Virus record (IMG/VR): IMGVR_UViG_3300008108_000109
Coordinates: 1,318-65,317 of that record
Origin: a virus
Lineage: Duplodnaviria > Caudoviricetes
Direction: 5' to 3' (one strand)
Length of the DNA: 64,000 bases
Shown: one piece after another, positions 48,775 through 58,602 of the stretch
How the letters are laid out: every line of letters starts with the position of its first letter
How positions within the stretch are numbered: position 1 is the first letter of the stretch
Notes under the pieces: model-generated
The model's input: the letters and a program-made list of their open reading frames with translations, nothing else
Database searches by the model: none
Told to the model about the DNA's origin: nothing
Program-made: the position numbers and the translations under genes

Positions 48775-48801
48775 AAGAGACCCGAAAGGGTCTCTTTTTT
48801 T
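48775..48801 (+). terminator. rho-independent terminator after gp23
   Basis: AAGAGACCC-GAAA-GGGTCTCTT followed by T-run; CTAAATA late promoter at 48804-48810 restarts transcription. Confidence 0.92.
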
Positions 48802-48821
48802 ATCTAAATAGTTAGAAAAAA

Positions 48822-49385
48822 ATGGCAGTCGGTAACGCTTTTAGTAATCAAATACAAAATAGAAACTTTTTATCCTCAATTGGATTTAAGTTTACTTTAA
48901 ACAGAGCACGTAAAGTATCATTCTTTTCAAACTCTGCAAATATTCCAGGAATGACTTTGGGTGTTACTGAACAACCAACATATTTGAAAAATATTGATAT
49001 TCCTGGAGATAAAATTACATTTCAAGATTTTACACTAAGATTTATTGTAGATGAGAATCTTGAAAATTATATGGAAATTCAAAGATGGATGAGAGGTCTT
49101 GGATTTCCAGAATCTTTAAGTGAAATATATGATCTGCAAAGAGAAGATAATACTCAACTTGGGTATGATAGTAAATCGATGAATATCTATTCAGATGGTA
49201 CATTATCAATTTTAAATAGCAATCAAAGAACTCAGTTTGATGTAATATTTAAAGATATGTTCCCATACGATTTGACAGAACTTTCATTTGATGCTACCAA
49301 TCCAGACGTAGAATACTTTACTGCAGAGGTATCTTTCAAGTATACTATTTACGATATCTATGATCCACAAGGAAATAAATTATGA
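48822..49385 (+). CDS. gp3: tail completion/tube terminator gp3
   Basis: NFLSSIGFKF, IPGDK, FIVDENLENYMEIQRW motifs; follows gp23. Confidence 0.88.
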   Translation: MAVGNAFSNQIQNRNFLSSIGFKFTLNRARKVSFFSNSANIPGMTLGVTEQPTYLKNIDIPGDKITFQDFTLRFIVDENLENYMEIQRWMRGLGFPESLSEIYDLQREDNTQLGYDSKSMNIYSDGTLSILNSNQRTQFDVIFKDMFPYDLTELSFDATNPDVEYFTAEVSFKYTIYDIYDPQGNKL

Positions 49386-49819
49386 CTCTTGACCTTGAAG
49401 TGATCCAAAAGATGTGGGAAAAAGATGCTCACATCGATATGGACAATTTACATACAGAATCAATTAATATTCCAGTTTTACATGCTAAATATTTTGAGAT
49501 CTATAACAATATAATTCTTCTCAAAAAGAAAGCAGAACAACAAAGAAAAAATATTCGCCACGAACGTTACGAGTATTTTACAGGAAAAGCAGACCCAGAA
49601 GTTTACGTAGAAGATCCTTTCCCTAAAAAAATTAGAGATAAAGATACGCTTCAAAAATATTTGGATGCTGACGAAAAATTGTCTCAGGTTAGTTTAAAGG
49701 TCGAATATTACGAGACAATATTAAATTACTTAGAAAGTATTCTTAAGGTAATACAAAATAGAACTTACCAAATTAAGAATGCTATCGAATTTTTAAGATT
49801 CCAAGCAGGATATGGTTGA
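49382..49819 (+). CDS. uvsY: recombination mediator UvsY
   Basis: LHAKY, YLDADE, NRTYQIKNAIEF; precedes uvsW. Confidence 0.9.
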   Translation: MTLDLEVIQKMWEKDAHIDMDNLHTESINIPVLHAKYFEIYNNIILLKKKAEQQRKNIRHERYEYFTGKADPEVYVEDPFPKKIRDKDTLQKYLDADEKLSQVSLKVEYYETILNYLESILKVIQNRTYQIKNAIEFLRFQAGYG

Positions 49820-51284
49820 TAACTTTGATTTAATAATTCAAAAATCAAATGAAGTATATTTAAAAATTCAATGTGAACCTCATATTGAATATGAATTAAG
49901 AGATTATTTTAAATTTGAAGTTCCTAATGCAAAATTCATGCCCCAATATCGGGGTAGAAATTGGAATGGAGAAATTCATTTATTCGACATGAGAAGCAAA
50001 CAACTTTATGTTGGATTGTTAGATAAATTAATTTCTTTCTGTGAAAATTATAATTACAACTATAAATTTGAAGAGAACAAGTTTTATGGAATGCCTTTTG
50101 AAGTAAACGAAGGTATTTCATATGAAGGTGTCAAAGATTATATGACATCTATATGTTCTCATTCTCCCCGACAATATCAAATTGAGGGAGTATACGATGC
50201 CTTAAGACATAATAGAAAACTATTGATATCACCAACTGCCTCTGGCAAATCTCTGATGATTTATTCAATCGTAAGATATTATGTAGATAAAGGACAAAAA
50301 ATTCTTTTAGTTGTTCCAACGACATCTCTAGTAGAGCAGATGTATAAGGATTTTCAGGATTATGGTTGGGATGCTGATTCATACTGCCATAAAATTTATT
50401 CTGGAAGAGAAAAAACAAACGAACATCCTGTCACAATTACTACTTGGCAATCTGTATATAAATTAGAACGTTCATTCTTTGAAGACTATAATGTAATTAT
50501 AGGAGATGAAGCACATCTATTTAAAAGCAAGTCATTAATTGAAATAATGACAAAACTTCATCATGCAAAATATAGATTTGGATTTACTGGAACTCTTGAT
50601 GGCACACAAACTCATAAATGGGTTTTGGAAGGATTATTTGGACCATCTTATAAGATTGTAAGAACTTCCGAATTAATGGAGAAGGGACATGTCTCAAAGT
50701 TAGATATTAGATGTTTAGTATTAAAACATACTCCAAAAATATTTGCAACTTACGAAGATGAAGTTCAGTTTATTATATCTCATAACAAAAGAAATAATTT
50801 TATAAAAAATCTAGCTCTAGATCTAAAAGGTAATACTTTAATTCTTTTCTCTAGAGTAGAAACTCATGGTAAACCTTTATATGAATTAATTGATTCTTAT
50901 AAAAAAAAGAATAGAAAAGTATTTTTTATTCATGGTGGAGTAGATACTGAAGAAAGAGAACTTGTTAGGGAAATTACAGAGAGAGAAAATGATGCAATTA
51001 TTGTTGCATCTTATGGAGTGTTTTCTACAGGAATAAATATTAGAAACCTACATAATGTTATTTTTGCTTCTCCTAGCAAGTCAAGAATTCGTAATCTTCA
51101 ATCAATTGGACGAGTTCTTAGGAAAGGTAAAAATAAAACAAAGGCAATGTTATATGACATATCTGATGATTGTACATATAATTCTAGAAAGAATTACACT
51201 TTAAATCATTTAATAGAACGGATTAAAATTTATAATGAGGAAAAGTTTAATTATGAAATAATAACAATCAACTTAAAGGAATAA
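49812..51284 (+). CDS. uvsW: SF2 RNA-DNA/DNA helicase UvsW
   Basis: SPTASGKS, DEAH, TGT, QSIGRVLR motifs. Confidence 0.97.
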   Translation: MVDNFDLIIQKSNEVYLKIQCEPHIEYELRDYFKFEVPNAKFMPQYRGRNWNGEIHLFDMRSKQLYVGLLDKLISFCENYNYNYKFEENKFYGMPFEVNEGISYEGVKDYMTSICSHSPRQYQIEGVYDALRHNRKLLISPTASGKSLMIYSIVRYYVDKGQKILLVVPTTSLVEQMYKDFQDYGWDADSYCHKIYSGREKTNEHPVTITTWQSVYKLERSFFEDYNVIIGDEAHLFKSKSLIEIMTKLHHAKYRFGFTGTLDGTQTHKWVLEGLFGPSYKIVRTSELMEKGHVSKLDIRCLVLKHTPKIFATYEDEVQFIISHNKRNNFIKNLALDLKGNTLILFSRVETHGKPLYELIDSYKKKNRKVFFIHGGVDTEERELVREITERENDAIIVASYGVFSTGINIRNLHNVIFASPSKSRIRNLQSIGRVLRKGKNKTKAMLYDISDDCTYNSRKNYTLNHLIERIKIYNEEKFNYEIITINLKE

Positions 51285-51286
51285 TT

Positions 51287-51694
51287 ATGGAAGACGATTT
51301 TTATGCAACAGTTAAATTAAACACTGGCGAAGAAATATTTGCAAAGGTAATGCCCTGCTTTGAAGAACATAAAACATTTTTATTAATTACTAATCCAATT
51401 ACCTTTTCTCAAATAACTACAAGAACAGGATCAACAGGATACAAAATAGAATCTTGGTTAAAAACAACTAAAGAAGACATGTTTATTTTGGACATGGACG
51501 ATATTATTACCATGAGTGAATCTAAAGATGTTGAAATGATTATGATGTATCAATCTTGGATAAGAGATGCTTCAGATTTTAATCCAAAAGATAATCCACA
51601 TGGGATTAGAAGAAAGATCAATAGGAAAATGGGATATATCTCTAATGTTAATGATGCTAAAGAGATATTAGAAAAACTCTATAGAAACAGTTGA
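51287..51694 (+). CDS. conserved hypothetical protein
   Basis: YATVKLNTGEEIFA (Sm-like start); conserved position between uvsW and gp55. Confidence 0.8.
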   Translation: MEDDFYATVKLNTGEEIFAKVMPCFEEHKTFLLITNPITFSQITTRTGSTGYKIESWLKTTKEDMFILDMDDIITMSESKDVEMIMMYQSWIRDASDFNPKDNPHGIRRKINRKMGYISNVNDAKEILEKLYRNS

Positions 51695-51715
51695 TTTATA
51701 AACCTTAACAAAGGC

Positions 51716-51745
51716 ATTATACACAGTTTTGAATACCCTTGTCAA
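51716..51745 (-). promoter_or_regulatory. antisense sigma70-type promoter TTGACA-N18-TATAAT
   Basis: Plus-strand tgtcaa (51740-45) and attata (51716-21). Confidence 0.7.
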
Positions 51746-51748
51746 GCC

Positions 51749-51778
51749 TTGATTATTTTTGTATCCCAGTGTTATAAT
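51749..51778 (+). promoter_or_regulatory. sigma70-type promoter for gp55 operon
   Basis: TTGATT (51749-54), 18-nt spacer ending in TGn, TATAAT (51773-78). Confidence 0.7.
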
Positions 51779-51801
51779 TCCAACAAATAATTAGAGCTTT
51801 T

Positions 51802-52299
51802 ATGGGTATCACTAATCCAATGACTAAGAGAAAGAGATCAATACACTACGTTAATAATAAAGAATTTTTAGCAGCGTTAATTGAATATAGAAAACAAATT
51901 GCGTTAGCAGAAGAACGTGGAGATCCCAAACCAAGAATTACTAACTATCTTGGAGATTGTTTTTTAAAAATTGCAACACATTTATCATTTAAACCAAATT
52001 TTGTCAACTACATATTCAAAGATGACATGATTTCTGATGGGATCGAAAACTGTGTTCAATACATCCATAACTTCGACCCTGAAAAGTCTCAGAACCCGTT
52101 CGCTTATTTTACTCAAATTATTCACTACGCGTTTCTACGTAGAATTCAAAAAGAAAAGAAACAATTAGAGATTAAAAATAAAATTTTAGAACGGACTGGA
52201 TTTGATGAAGTATTCTTTGATGATAACGTTATTGACGGGATGAATTATTCTGACTATAATTCTATCAAGGATAATATTCATTCCAAAACTAGGTATTGA
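51802..52299 (+). CDS. gp55: late sigma factor gp55
   Basis: HYVNNKEF, DMISDGIENC, NFDPEKSQNPFAYFTQI. Confidence 0.97.
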   Translation: MGITNPMTKRKRSIHYVNNKEFLAALIEYRKQIALAEERGDPKPRITNYLGDCFLKIATHLSFKPNFVNYIFKDDMISDGIENCVQYIHNFDPEKSQNPFAYFTQIIHYAFLRRIQKEKKQLEIKNKILERTGFDEVFFDDNVIDGMNYSDYNSIKDNIHSKTRY

Positions 52300-53342
52300 T
52301 GAAAGTAGCAATAATTACAGACCAACATTTTGGTGCTCGTAAAAACTCTAAATTATTTCACGATTACTTTTTAAAGTTTTACACAGAAGTATTTTTTCCA
52401 ACTCTAGTAAAAGAAAATATTACTACAGTAATTGACATGGGAGATACTTTTGATAGTAGAAAGGGTATTGATTTTGCTGCTTTAGCTTGGGCAAAAGACA
52501 ATTACTATGATACTCTAGAAAAAATTGGATGCACGGTTCATACTATAGTTGGTAATCATACAGCATATTATAAAAATACAAATGATTTAAATGCTGTTGA
52601 TTTACTTTTGAGAGAATATAAAAATGTAAAAGTATACTCAAAACCAACAGAAGTTAAATTAGATAAGTTAAAAGTTCTTTTTATACCTTGGATTAATGAA
52701 CAAAATTTTGAAGACACTTTCAAATGCGTTGAAAATACAACTTGCAAGGTTGCGATGGGGCACCTTGAATTCTCAGGATTTCCTCCTTATCGTGGATACA
52801 CCATGGAAGAAGGTATGGACAGCAAATTATTTGAGAAGTTCCAATATGTCTTCTCGGGACACTATCACACTAGATCAAACAATGGAAAGATCTATTACCT
52901 AGGTAATCCTTACGAGATATATTCAAACGATATCGGGGATGTTCGCGGATTCCATATCTTTGACACCCAAACTCTTTCGTTAGAACCAGTTAATAATCCA
53001 TATACTATGCATGAGGTAATTAACTATGAGGATGATAACTATCAAACATTTGATGTGAGAAGTTATGAAAACAAAATTGTTAAATTGGTAGTTAAGAAAA
53101 AAACAAACGAAAAAAAATTTGAAAAATTTGTAGATAAACTATATTCTGTTAATATTGCAGAATTAAAAATAGTTGAAACTTTTGCAGACCAAAGTATAAT
53201 TAATGATGATTATGATTTAGAATCTGAAGATACAGTTTCCATTCTAACTAGATACGTTGATGATTTTGATAATACGATAAATAAATCGTCGATTAAAAAA
53301 CTTATATCGCAAATTTACAAACAAGCATGTGAAGTAGTCTAA
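52299..53342 (+). CDS. gp47: recombination endonuclease gp47 (Mre11/SbcD-like)
   Basis: DQHFG, GD, GNH, GHYH phosphoesterase motifs. Confidence 0.96.
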   Translation: MKVAIITDQHFGARKNSKLFHDYFLKFYTEVFFPTLVKENITTVIDMGDTFDSRKGIDFAALAWAKDNYYDTLEKIGCTVHTIVGNHTAYYKNTNDLNAVDLLLREYKNVKVYSKPTEVKLDKLKVLFIPWINEQNFEDTFKCVENTTCKVAMGHLEFSGFPPYRGYTMEEGMDSKLFEKFQYVFSGHYHTRSNNGKIYYLGNPYEIYSNDIGDVRGFHIFDTQTLSLEPVNNPYTMHEVINYEDDNYQTFDVRSYENKIVKLVVKKKTNEKKFEKFVDKLYSVNIAELKIVETFADQSIINDDYDLESEDTVSILTRYVDDFDNTINKSSIKKLISQIYKQACEVV

Positions 53343-53343
53343 C

Positions 53344-53613
53344 ATGTACATTCTTACTTTAGAAGGTAGAGAAGAGCAAGGAGCTTATTCTGTAACCAAT
53401 CAACGAGGAGAACAAATTCTCTATCTATTTGAAGAAGAAGATGATGCTGTAAGATTTGCCATGATGTTAGAAGAAGAAGATTATCCCTCACTTTCTGTGG
53501 TAGAAGTAGATGATGATTTGATACTTAGTACTTGTAAAGTTAATCAATACGAGTATGCAATTATTACCGCAAATGACATTGTAGTTCCCCCAGATCAAAA
53601 TGATATTATTTGA
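53344..53613 (+). CDS. hypothetical protein
   Basis: LFEEEDDAVRFAMML motif; conserved position between gp47 and gp46. Confidence 0.8.
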   Translation: MYILTLEGREEQGAYSVTNQRGEQILYLFEEEDDAVRFAMMLEEEDYPSLSVVEVDDDLILSTCKVNQYEYAIITANDIVVPPDQNDII

Positions 53614-55312
53614 CAAACTTCGTTATAAAAATTTCTTAAGCACAGGTAATCAGTTTACAGAAATAAATTTTACAAACTCACCAACTACTCTCGTAATTGG
53701 TAATAATGGATCTGGCAAAAGTACAATGCTAGATGCGTTGACATTTTCTTTATTTGGTAAATCTTTTAGAGGAGTCAATAAACCACAATTAATAAATTCA
53801 ATCAACGAAAAAGATTGTATGGTTGAAATTGAATTCAAAATTGGGTCTATAAATTGGAAAATTAGAAGAGGATTAAAACCATCTGTTTTTGAAATTTATA
53901 AAAATGGAGAGTTATTGAACCAAGATGCTGCAACTAAAGATCAACAGCACTGGTTAGAAAATGTAGTTTTAAAAATGAACTATAAGTCTTTTACTCAGAT
54001 TGTAATTTTGGGTAGTAGTAATTTTGTTCCTTTTATGCAATTGTCTGCAGCAAATAGGAGAGAAGTTATTGAGGATTTATTGGATATTAAAATCTTTTCT
54101 TCAATGAATACTGTATTGAAAGATAGGGTAAAAGTGTGTAGAGATGAGATCCGAAATTTAGAATATAAAAAAGAATCGGTTCAAGATAAATTAAAGATGC
54201 AACAAGATTTTATTGAACAGATTCAAAGTATTGGTAAAAAAGATATAGAATTTAAAACTAGTTCGATAGATAACATCTCACAAGAGAATGATAAATTGTT
54301 GTCAGAATCTTTGGTGCTTGAAGATAATTTAGTTAAAAAACAAAATGAATTATCCAATTTCTCTGGCGCAACAGATAAACTTCGTAAACTTGGTAATTTA
54401 AAAGGTAAGTTATCGCAAAAAATAACAAGTGTTATTGAAGATCATAAGTTCTTTTCTAATAATACGGTATGTCCTACTTGCACACAGTCTATTGAAGAGC
54501 AGTTCAGAATAAATAGAATTGATGACGCTCAAAATAGAGCAAAAGAGTTGCAATCTGGATACCAGGAATTGGAGCAGGCAATTAAAGAGGAGGAAGAGCG
54601 AGAGCGTCATTTTACTTCACTATCTAAAGAGGTAACAGACCTAACACATGAAATTTCTCAAATCAATACTAAGATCTCTGGATACCAAAGACAAATCCGA
54701 GGTCTTGAACAAGAAATTCAAACTATTACCGATCAACTTAAAAACAGAAATACTGAACATGAGAAGTTAAAAGAACTTGAGGATAACTACACAGAACTTT
54801 GCAACGAAGTAGATTCTAAAAAAGATCTTTTAATTAATTATAATTTTGTATCTGATTTACTCAAAGATGGTGGAGTGAAGACCCAAATTATTAAAAAATA
54901 TTTACCAGTAATTAACAGTCAGGTAAATAAGTATTTGCAAATGATGGAGTTTTTTATAAACTTCAAATTAGATGAGGAGTTTACCGAATCTATTGAATCA
55001 CCAATTCATGACGAATTCTCATATACTTCTTTTAGTGAAGGTGAAAGAATGAGAATTGATTTGGCGTTGTTATTTACATGGAGAGAGGTTGCAAAAATTA
55101 AAAATTCTTTAAATTGTAATCTAATTATCTTTGATGAAACTTTTGATTCTTCATTGGATACTTTTGGTACTGATGAATTTATGAAAATAATTAGATATGT
55201 CATTAAAGACGCAAATACTTTTGTAATATCTCATAAGGAAGGAATGAAAGATAAGTTTGCTGAAGTTTTGAAGTTTGAAAAAATTAAAGGATTTAGTAAG
55301 TTGGCATCATGA
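53600..55312 (+). CDS. gp46: recombination ATPase gp46 (Rad50/SbcC-like)
   Basis: GNNGSGKST, CPTC zinc hook, FSEGE signature, IIFDETFDSSLD. Confidence 0.97.
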   Translation: MILFDKLRYKNFLSTGNQFTEINFTNSPTTLVIGNNGSGKSTMLDALTFSLFGKSFRGVNKPQLINSINEKDCMVEIEFKIGSINWKIRRGLKPSVFEIYKNGELLNQDAATKDQQHWLENVVLKMNYKSFTQIVILGSSNFVPFMQLSAANRREVIEDLLDIKIFSSMNTVLKDRVKVCRDEIRNLEYKKESVQDKLKMQQDFIEQIQSIGKKDIEFKTSSIDNISQENDKLLSESLVLEDNLVKKQNELSNFSGATDKLRKLGNLKGKLSQKITSVIEDHKFFSNNTVCPTCTQSIEEQFRINRIDDAQNRAKELQSGYQELEQAIKEEEERERHFTSLSKEVTDLTHEISQINTKISGYQRQIRGLEQEIQTITDQLKNRNTEHEKLKELEDNYTELCNEVDSKKDLLINYNFVSDLLKDGGVKTQIIKKYLPVINSQVNKYLQMMEFFINFKLDEEFTESIESPIHDEFSYTSFSEGERMRIDLALLFTWREVAKIKNSLNCNLIIFDETFDSSLDTFGTDEFMKIIRYVIKDANTFVISHKEGMKDKFAEVLKFEKIKGFSKLAS

Positions 55313-56052
55313 ACGTTTTAATCACTGGACATAGAGGATTTATTGGTAAGAATGTGTTTGCTGATTGGCAAACTACTCACAATCATTTAGTCGTTGGAAT
55401 GGATTTTCCATATGATATTGCTAATTTTGTTGAAGATAATTATGATTTAGTTATTCATCTTGCGGCTTTTGCAAATATCAGGGAGAGTCTAGAAAATCCA
55501 CAAAAGTTTTATGAGAATAATGTAGTAAAATCTAAAAAACTTTTTGACTGGTGTAGAGAAACAAATACTAGACTTTTATATGCTTCTTCAAGTGCAGTAG
55601 AAGAAGATTACTGGGAAAATCCTTATGCCATGACAAAATGGATTAATGAACAAATGGCACCACCAAATTCTGTTGGAATGCGATTTACTACAGTTTATGG
55701 TCCAGACAGTCGTTCAGATATGATGTATAGAATGCTTGAAGACAAAACTGCAACCTATGTTACCAATCATAAAAGAGATTGGATTCATGTTAAAGATGTT
55801 TGTCGAGCAATTCGTTATCTTGCCAGTAGTTCTATTTGTGGTCCAGTTCCAGTTGGGTCTGGTAAATCTGTTTATGTTAAAGATCTTGCAGAAAAAATGG
55901 GGATGGGGCACCTGCCAGTTAGAGAACTGACCCCAGGGGAGAGACAAGACAATGTGGCAGATACTACAATCCTAACTAGTATTGGATGGTTCCCAACCAT
56001 TAACGTTCTGGATACGATCAATGAACACCCCAAATTGGCAACATCACTCTAA
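55309..56052 (+). CDS. NAD-dependent nucleotide-sugar epimerase/dehydratase
   Basis: GHRGFIG Rossmann motif, HLAA, ASSS, YAMTK (YxxxK), RDWIHVKD. Confidence 0.9.
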   Translation: MNVLITGHRGFIGKNVFADWQTTHNHLVVGMDFPYDIANFVEDNYDLVIHLAAFANIRESLENPQKFYENNVVKSKKLFDWCRETNTRLLYASSSAVEEDYWENPYAMTKWINEQMAPPNSVGMRFTTVYGPDSRSDMMYRMLEDKTATYVTNHKRDWIHVKDVCRAIRYLASSSICGPVPVGSGKSVYVKDLAEKMGMGHLPVRELTPGERQDNVADTTILTSIGWFPTINVLDTINEHPKLATSL

Positions 56053-56230
56053 AAAGGAACAAAAACGAAAACTTAAACCGCAAGCACTGAGGCAAGCAAA
56101 AGCAAGACTTGCCCAATTTAAAAAGCGTCACATGGGTCGTCCACAAGGCGACCCTTCTTCGTATAATGACTTCAGTTCAAACAAAAACACCAATGTCTGT
56201 TCGCCACGAAATCAAGTCCCAACTTGCTAA
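56021..56230 (+). CDS. small basic hypothetical protein
   Basis: MNTPNWQHHSKKEQKRKLKPQALRQAKARL; ATG 56021; recalled cyanophage-type ORF after gp46. Confidence 0.65.
   Translation: MNTPNWQHHSKKEQKRKLKPQALRQAKARLAQFKKRHMGRPQGDPSSYNDFSSNKNTNVCSPRNQVPTC
56133..56192 (+). promoter_or_regulatory. early/middle-type promoter with upstream hairpin
   Basis: GGGTCGTC-cacaa-GGCGACCC stem, TATAAT at 56162-67, A/C-rich leader. Confidence 0.55.
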
Positions 56231-58361
56231 ACTTCTTGCCACCGAAGACCTTGTGGTTGAGCACAAGAAGGTGGAGACTGCCTGCTTCAACGTTCATACC
56301 CGTGTGCTAACCCTGCCGATGTGGGAGAAGGCAAGCAACACTGTGTATGACCTTCTGGTGGGGCACGAGGTCGGACACGCTCTCTATACGCCTGATGAGG
56401 ATTGGTTGAAGGAACACAAAATTCCACCACAGTTTGTGAATGTTGTTGAGGATGCTCGCATTGAGAAACTGATGAAGCGTCGTTATGCTGGTCTTGCTAA
56501 GACGTTTTATAACGGTTACAAGGAGCTTGCTGATGATGATTTCTTCCAGGTTGGTGATGACAATCTGGAAACTTATAACCTTGCCGACCGTGCAAATTTG
56601 TGGTTCAAGATTGGTAATTACACGCAAGTGCCGATTGAGCGTGGTGAAGAAATGGATATTATTAATCTGATTGCTGATACGGAAACCTTTGCTGATGTTT
56701 TGATTGCTGCAGAAGCACTCTATAAGTATTGCAAACATAAACAAGAAGAAGAAATTAAAATTTCTTTGGATAATCTTGAGTCTCAACAAAGCGGTGCAAG
56801 TCAACAACCTGCATCTGAATTCAATGGTCAACAGGAAGGTGAGAATGATCAGGAGCAACCTGGTGAGACGGATTCTTATGGTGGGACTTCAGAAACTACA
56901 CAACAACCTACTCAACAACCTACTCAACAAACTAAGGAACAAACTGGGGGAGAAACTAATGAAGAACCAGAAGTAAAAACGATGGAGTCTTTGGAAGAAT
57001 CCTTGAAGGATCTTGTAGATCATTTTGCAACAGAAAGTGTATATCTTGAACTTCCAAAACTTAATCTCAAACAAATTATTGTTCCGAATAGTGAAATTCA
57101 TTCAAAGTGTGAATTGACTTGGAATGAATTTCAAAATAATTGTGGGTATACTCATGACCAACTTTTTGGTGTTGTTGATAAAAAATATTTTGAATTTAAA
57201 AAATCTGCTCAAAAGGAAGTCAACTATCTGGTAAAAGAGTTTGAGTGCCGCAAGGCAGCAGACTCCTATGCCCGTGCTTCGACTGCCCGTACTGGTGTTC
57301 TGGACTGCTCCAAACTTCATACTTACAAATACAACGAGGATCTCTTTAAGAAAGTCACCACTCTTGCTGATGGTAAAAACCATGGTTTGGTGTTTGTTCT
57401 GGATTGGTCTGGTTCAATGGGTGACGTTATGTTGGATACTGTCAAACAACTTTTTAATCTCATTTGGTTCTGCAAAAAAACTGGCATTCCTTTTGAAGTT
57501 TATGCGTTTACTCAAGATTATCCTCTTGTTTCTTATGAAGATGGTAAGGCAAATCTTCGCCAACTTTCTTATCAGAAAAAAGATGGACTAGTTCAAGTTG
57601 GTGAATGGTTTTCCATGATGAATTTGCTTACACATAAAGTTAATAGTAAGACTCTTGAAAATCAAATGAAAAATATCTTTCGGTTGGCAGATTCTTATTG
57701 TCGATACAGTTATTCTTCTTATCCCACTCCTCCTGGACTATCACTTTCTGGAACACCTTTGAATGAAGCAGTTATTTCTCTCCATGAAATTCTTCCAAAA
57801 TTTAAAAAGGACAACAATATCCAAAAAGTTCAATGCGTAATTTTGACTGATGGTGAAGCTTGTGGTATTAAGTATCATCGTGAAGTAAAACGTCATTGGG
57901 AACAAGACCCTTATATTGGAACTGCTGGGTTTGCTGGAAATGCAATTCTCCGCAACAGAAAAACTGGTCACACATATAAGTTCTCCAATGATTATGCTTT
58001 GATTACAGAAGTATTTTTGCAAGATCTTAAAGATAGTTTTCCTGAAATTAATTTGATTGGAATTCGTCTTTTAGAATCTAGAGATGCTGGTAACTTTATC
58101 CGTCGTTATTATGGATGGTATGGTGAAGAGTATGATAAAATTACAAGCATCTGGAAAAAAGAAAGAACTATTAGCATCAAGAAAAGTGCATACAACACAT
58201 ATTTTGGACTCTCTGCAAATGCACTTTCTTTAGAGACTCAATTTGATGTGCAGGAATCTGCAACTAAATCTCAAATTAAATCTGCATTTGTTAAGAGTCT
58301 TAAGTCTAAAAAAATGAATAAAAAAGTTCTCAATCAATTCATGGATCTTATTGTGCAATGA
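56193..58361 (+). CDS. CobT-like metallopeptidase/vWA domain protein
   Basis: HEVGH (HExxH) plus EDARIE; MIDAS DWSGS..GTP..LTDGE; partner of downstream AAA ATPase; ATG 56193. Confidence 0.88.
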   Translation: MSVRHEIKSQLAKLLATEDLVVEHKKVETACFNVHTRVLTLPMWEKASNTVYDLLVGHEVGHALYTPDEDWLKEHKIPPQFVNVVEDARIEKLMKRRYAGLAKTFYNGYKELADDDFFQVGDDNLETYNLADRANLWFKIGNYTQVPIERGEEMDIINLIADTETFADVLIAAEALYKYCKHKQEEEIKISLDNLESQQSGASQQPASEFNGQQEGENDQEQPGETDSYGGTSETTQQPTQQPTQQTKEQTGGETNEEPEVKTMESLEESLKDLVDHFATESVYLELPKLNLKQIIVPNSEIHSKCELTWNEFQNNCGYTHDQLFGVVDKKYFEFKKSAQKEVNYLVKEFECRKAADSYARASTARTGVLDCSKLHTYKYNEDLFKKVTTLADGKNHGLVFVLDWSGSMGDVMLDTVKQLFNLIWFCKKTGIPFEVYAFTQDYPLVSYEDGKANLRQLSYQKKDGLVQVGEWFSMMNLLTHKVNSKTLENQMKNIFRLADSYCRYSYSSYPTPPGLSLSGTPLNEAVISLHEILPKFKKDNNIQKVQCVILTDGEACGIKYHREVKRHWEQDPYIGTAGFAGNAILRNRKTGHTYKFSNDYALITEVFLQDLKDSFPEINLIGIRLLESRDAGNFIRRYYGWYGEEYDKITSIWKKERTISIKKSAYNTYFGLSANALSLETQFDVQESATKSQIKSAFVKSLKSKKMNKKVLNQFMDLIVQ
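56901..56930 (+). repeat. 12-bp tandem repeat CAACAACCTACT x2.5
   Basis: Encodes QQPTQQPTQQ in the acidic linker. Confidence 0.85.
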
Positions 58362-58525
58362 ACCTTAAACATTTTATTAATGAAGAAACCAAAGAAGTGT
58401 GGGTCCAATGTGACAGTGCAATCACTGCAATGGGACTAGGTGGATGGAGAAATAAATATTATCCAGGATATACAATCAAGATTGCCTCAAAAAAATATTT
58501 TGAAGAATTGGGTGGACAATCCTAG
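58358..58525 (+). CDS. small hypothetical protein
   Basis: 55 aa MNLKHFINEETKEVWVQCDSAITAMGLGGWRNKYYPGYTIKIASKKYFEELGGQS; ATGA overlap with upstream stop; not in ORF track. Confidence 0.7.
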   Translation: MNLKHFINEETKEVWVQCDSAITAMGLGGWRNKYYPGYTIKIASKKYFEELGGQS

Positions 58526-58570
58526 ACCTGTCCACTATGGACATGAGATTCCCCAAATTGCCACTATAAT
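58512..58570 (+). promoter_or_regulatory. early-type promoter with palindrome GTGGACA-N10-TGTCCAC and TATAAT
   Basis: Perfect 7-bp inverted repeat 58512-58535; TATAAT 58565-70. Confidence 0.65.
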
Positions 58571-58602
58571 TACTTTGTTCAAACAACCCACCTAACTACA
58601 TT

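Noticed and set aside
47393-48807. Multiple alternative-frame and antisense ORFs in gp23
   Set aside because: Expected from the strong codon bias of a highly expressed gene; no motifs or start signals
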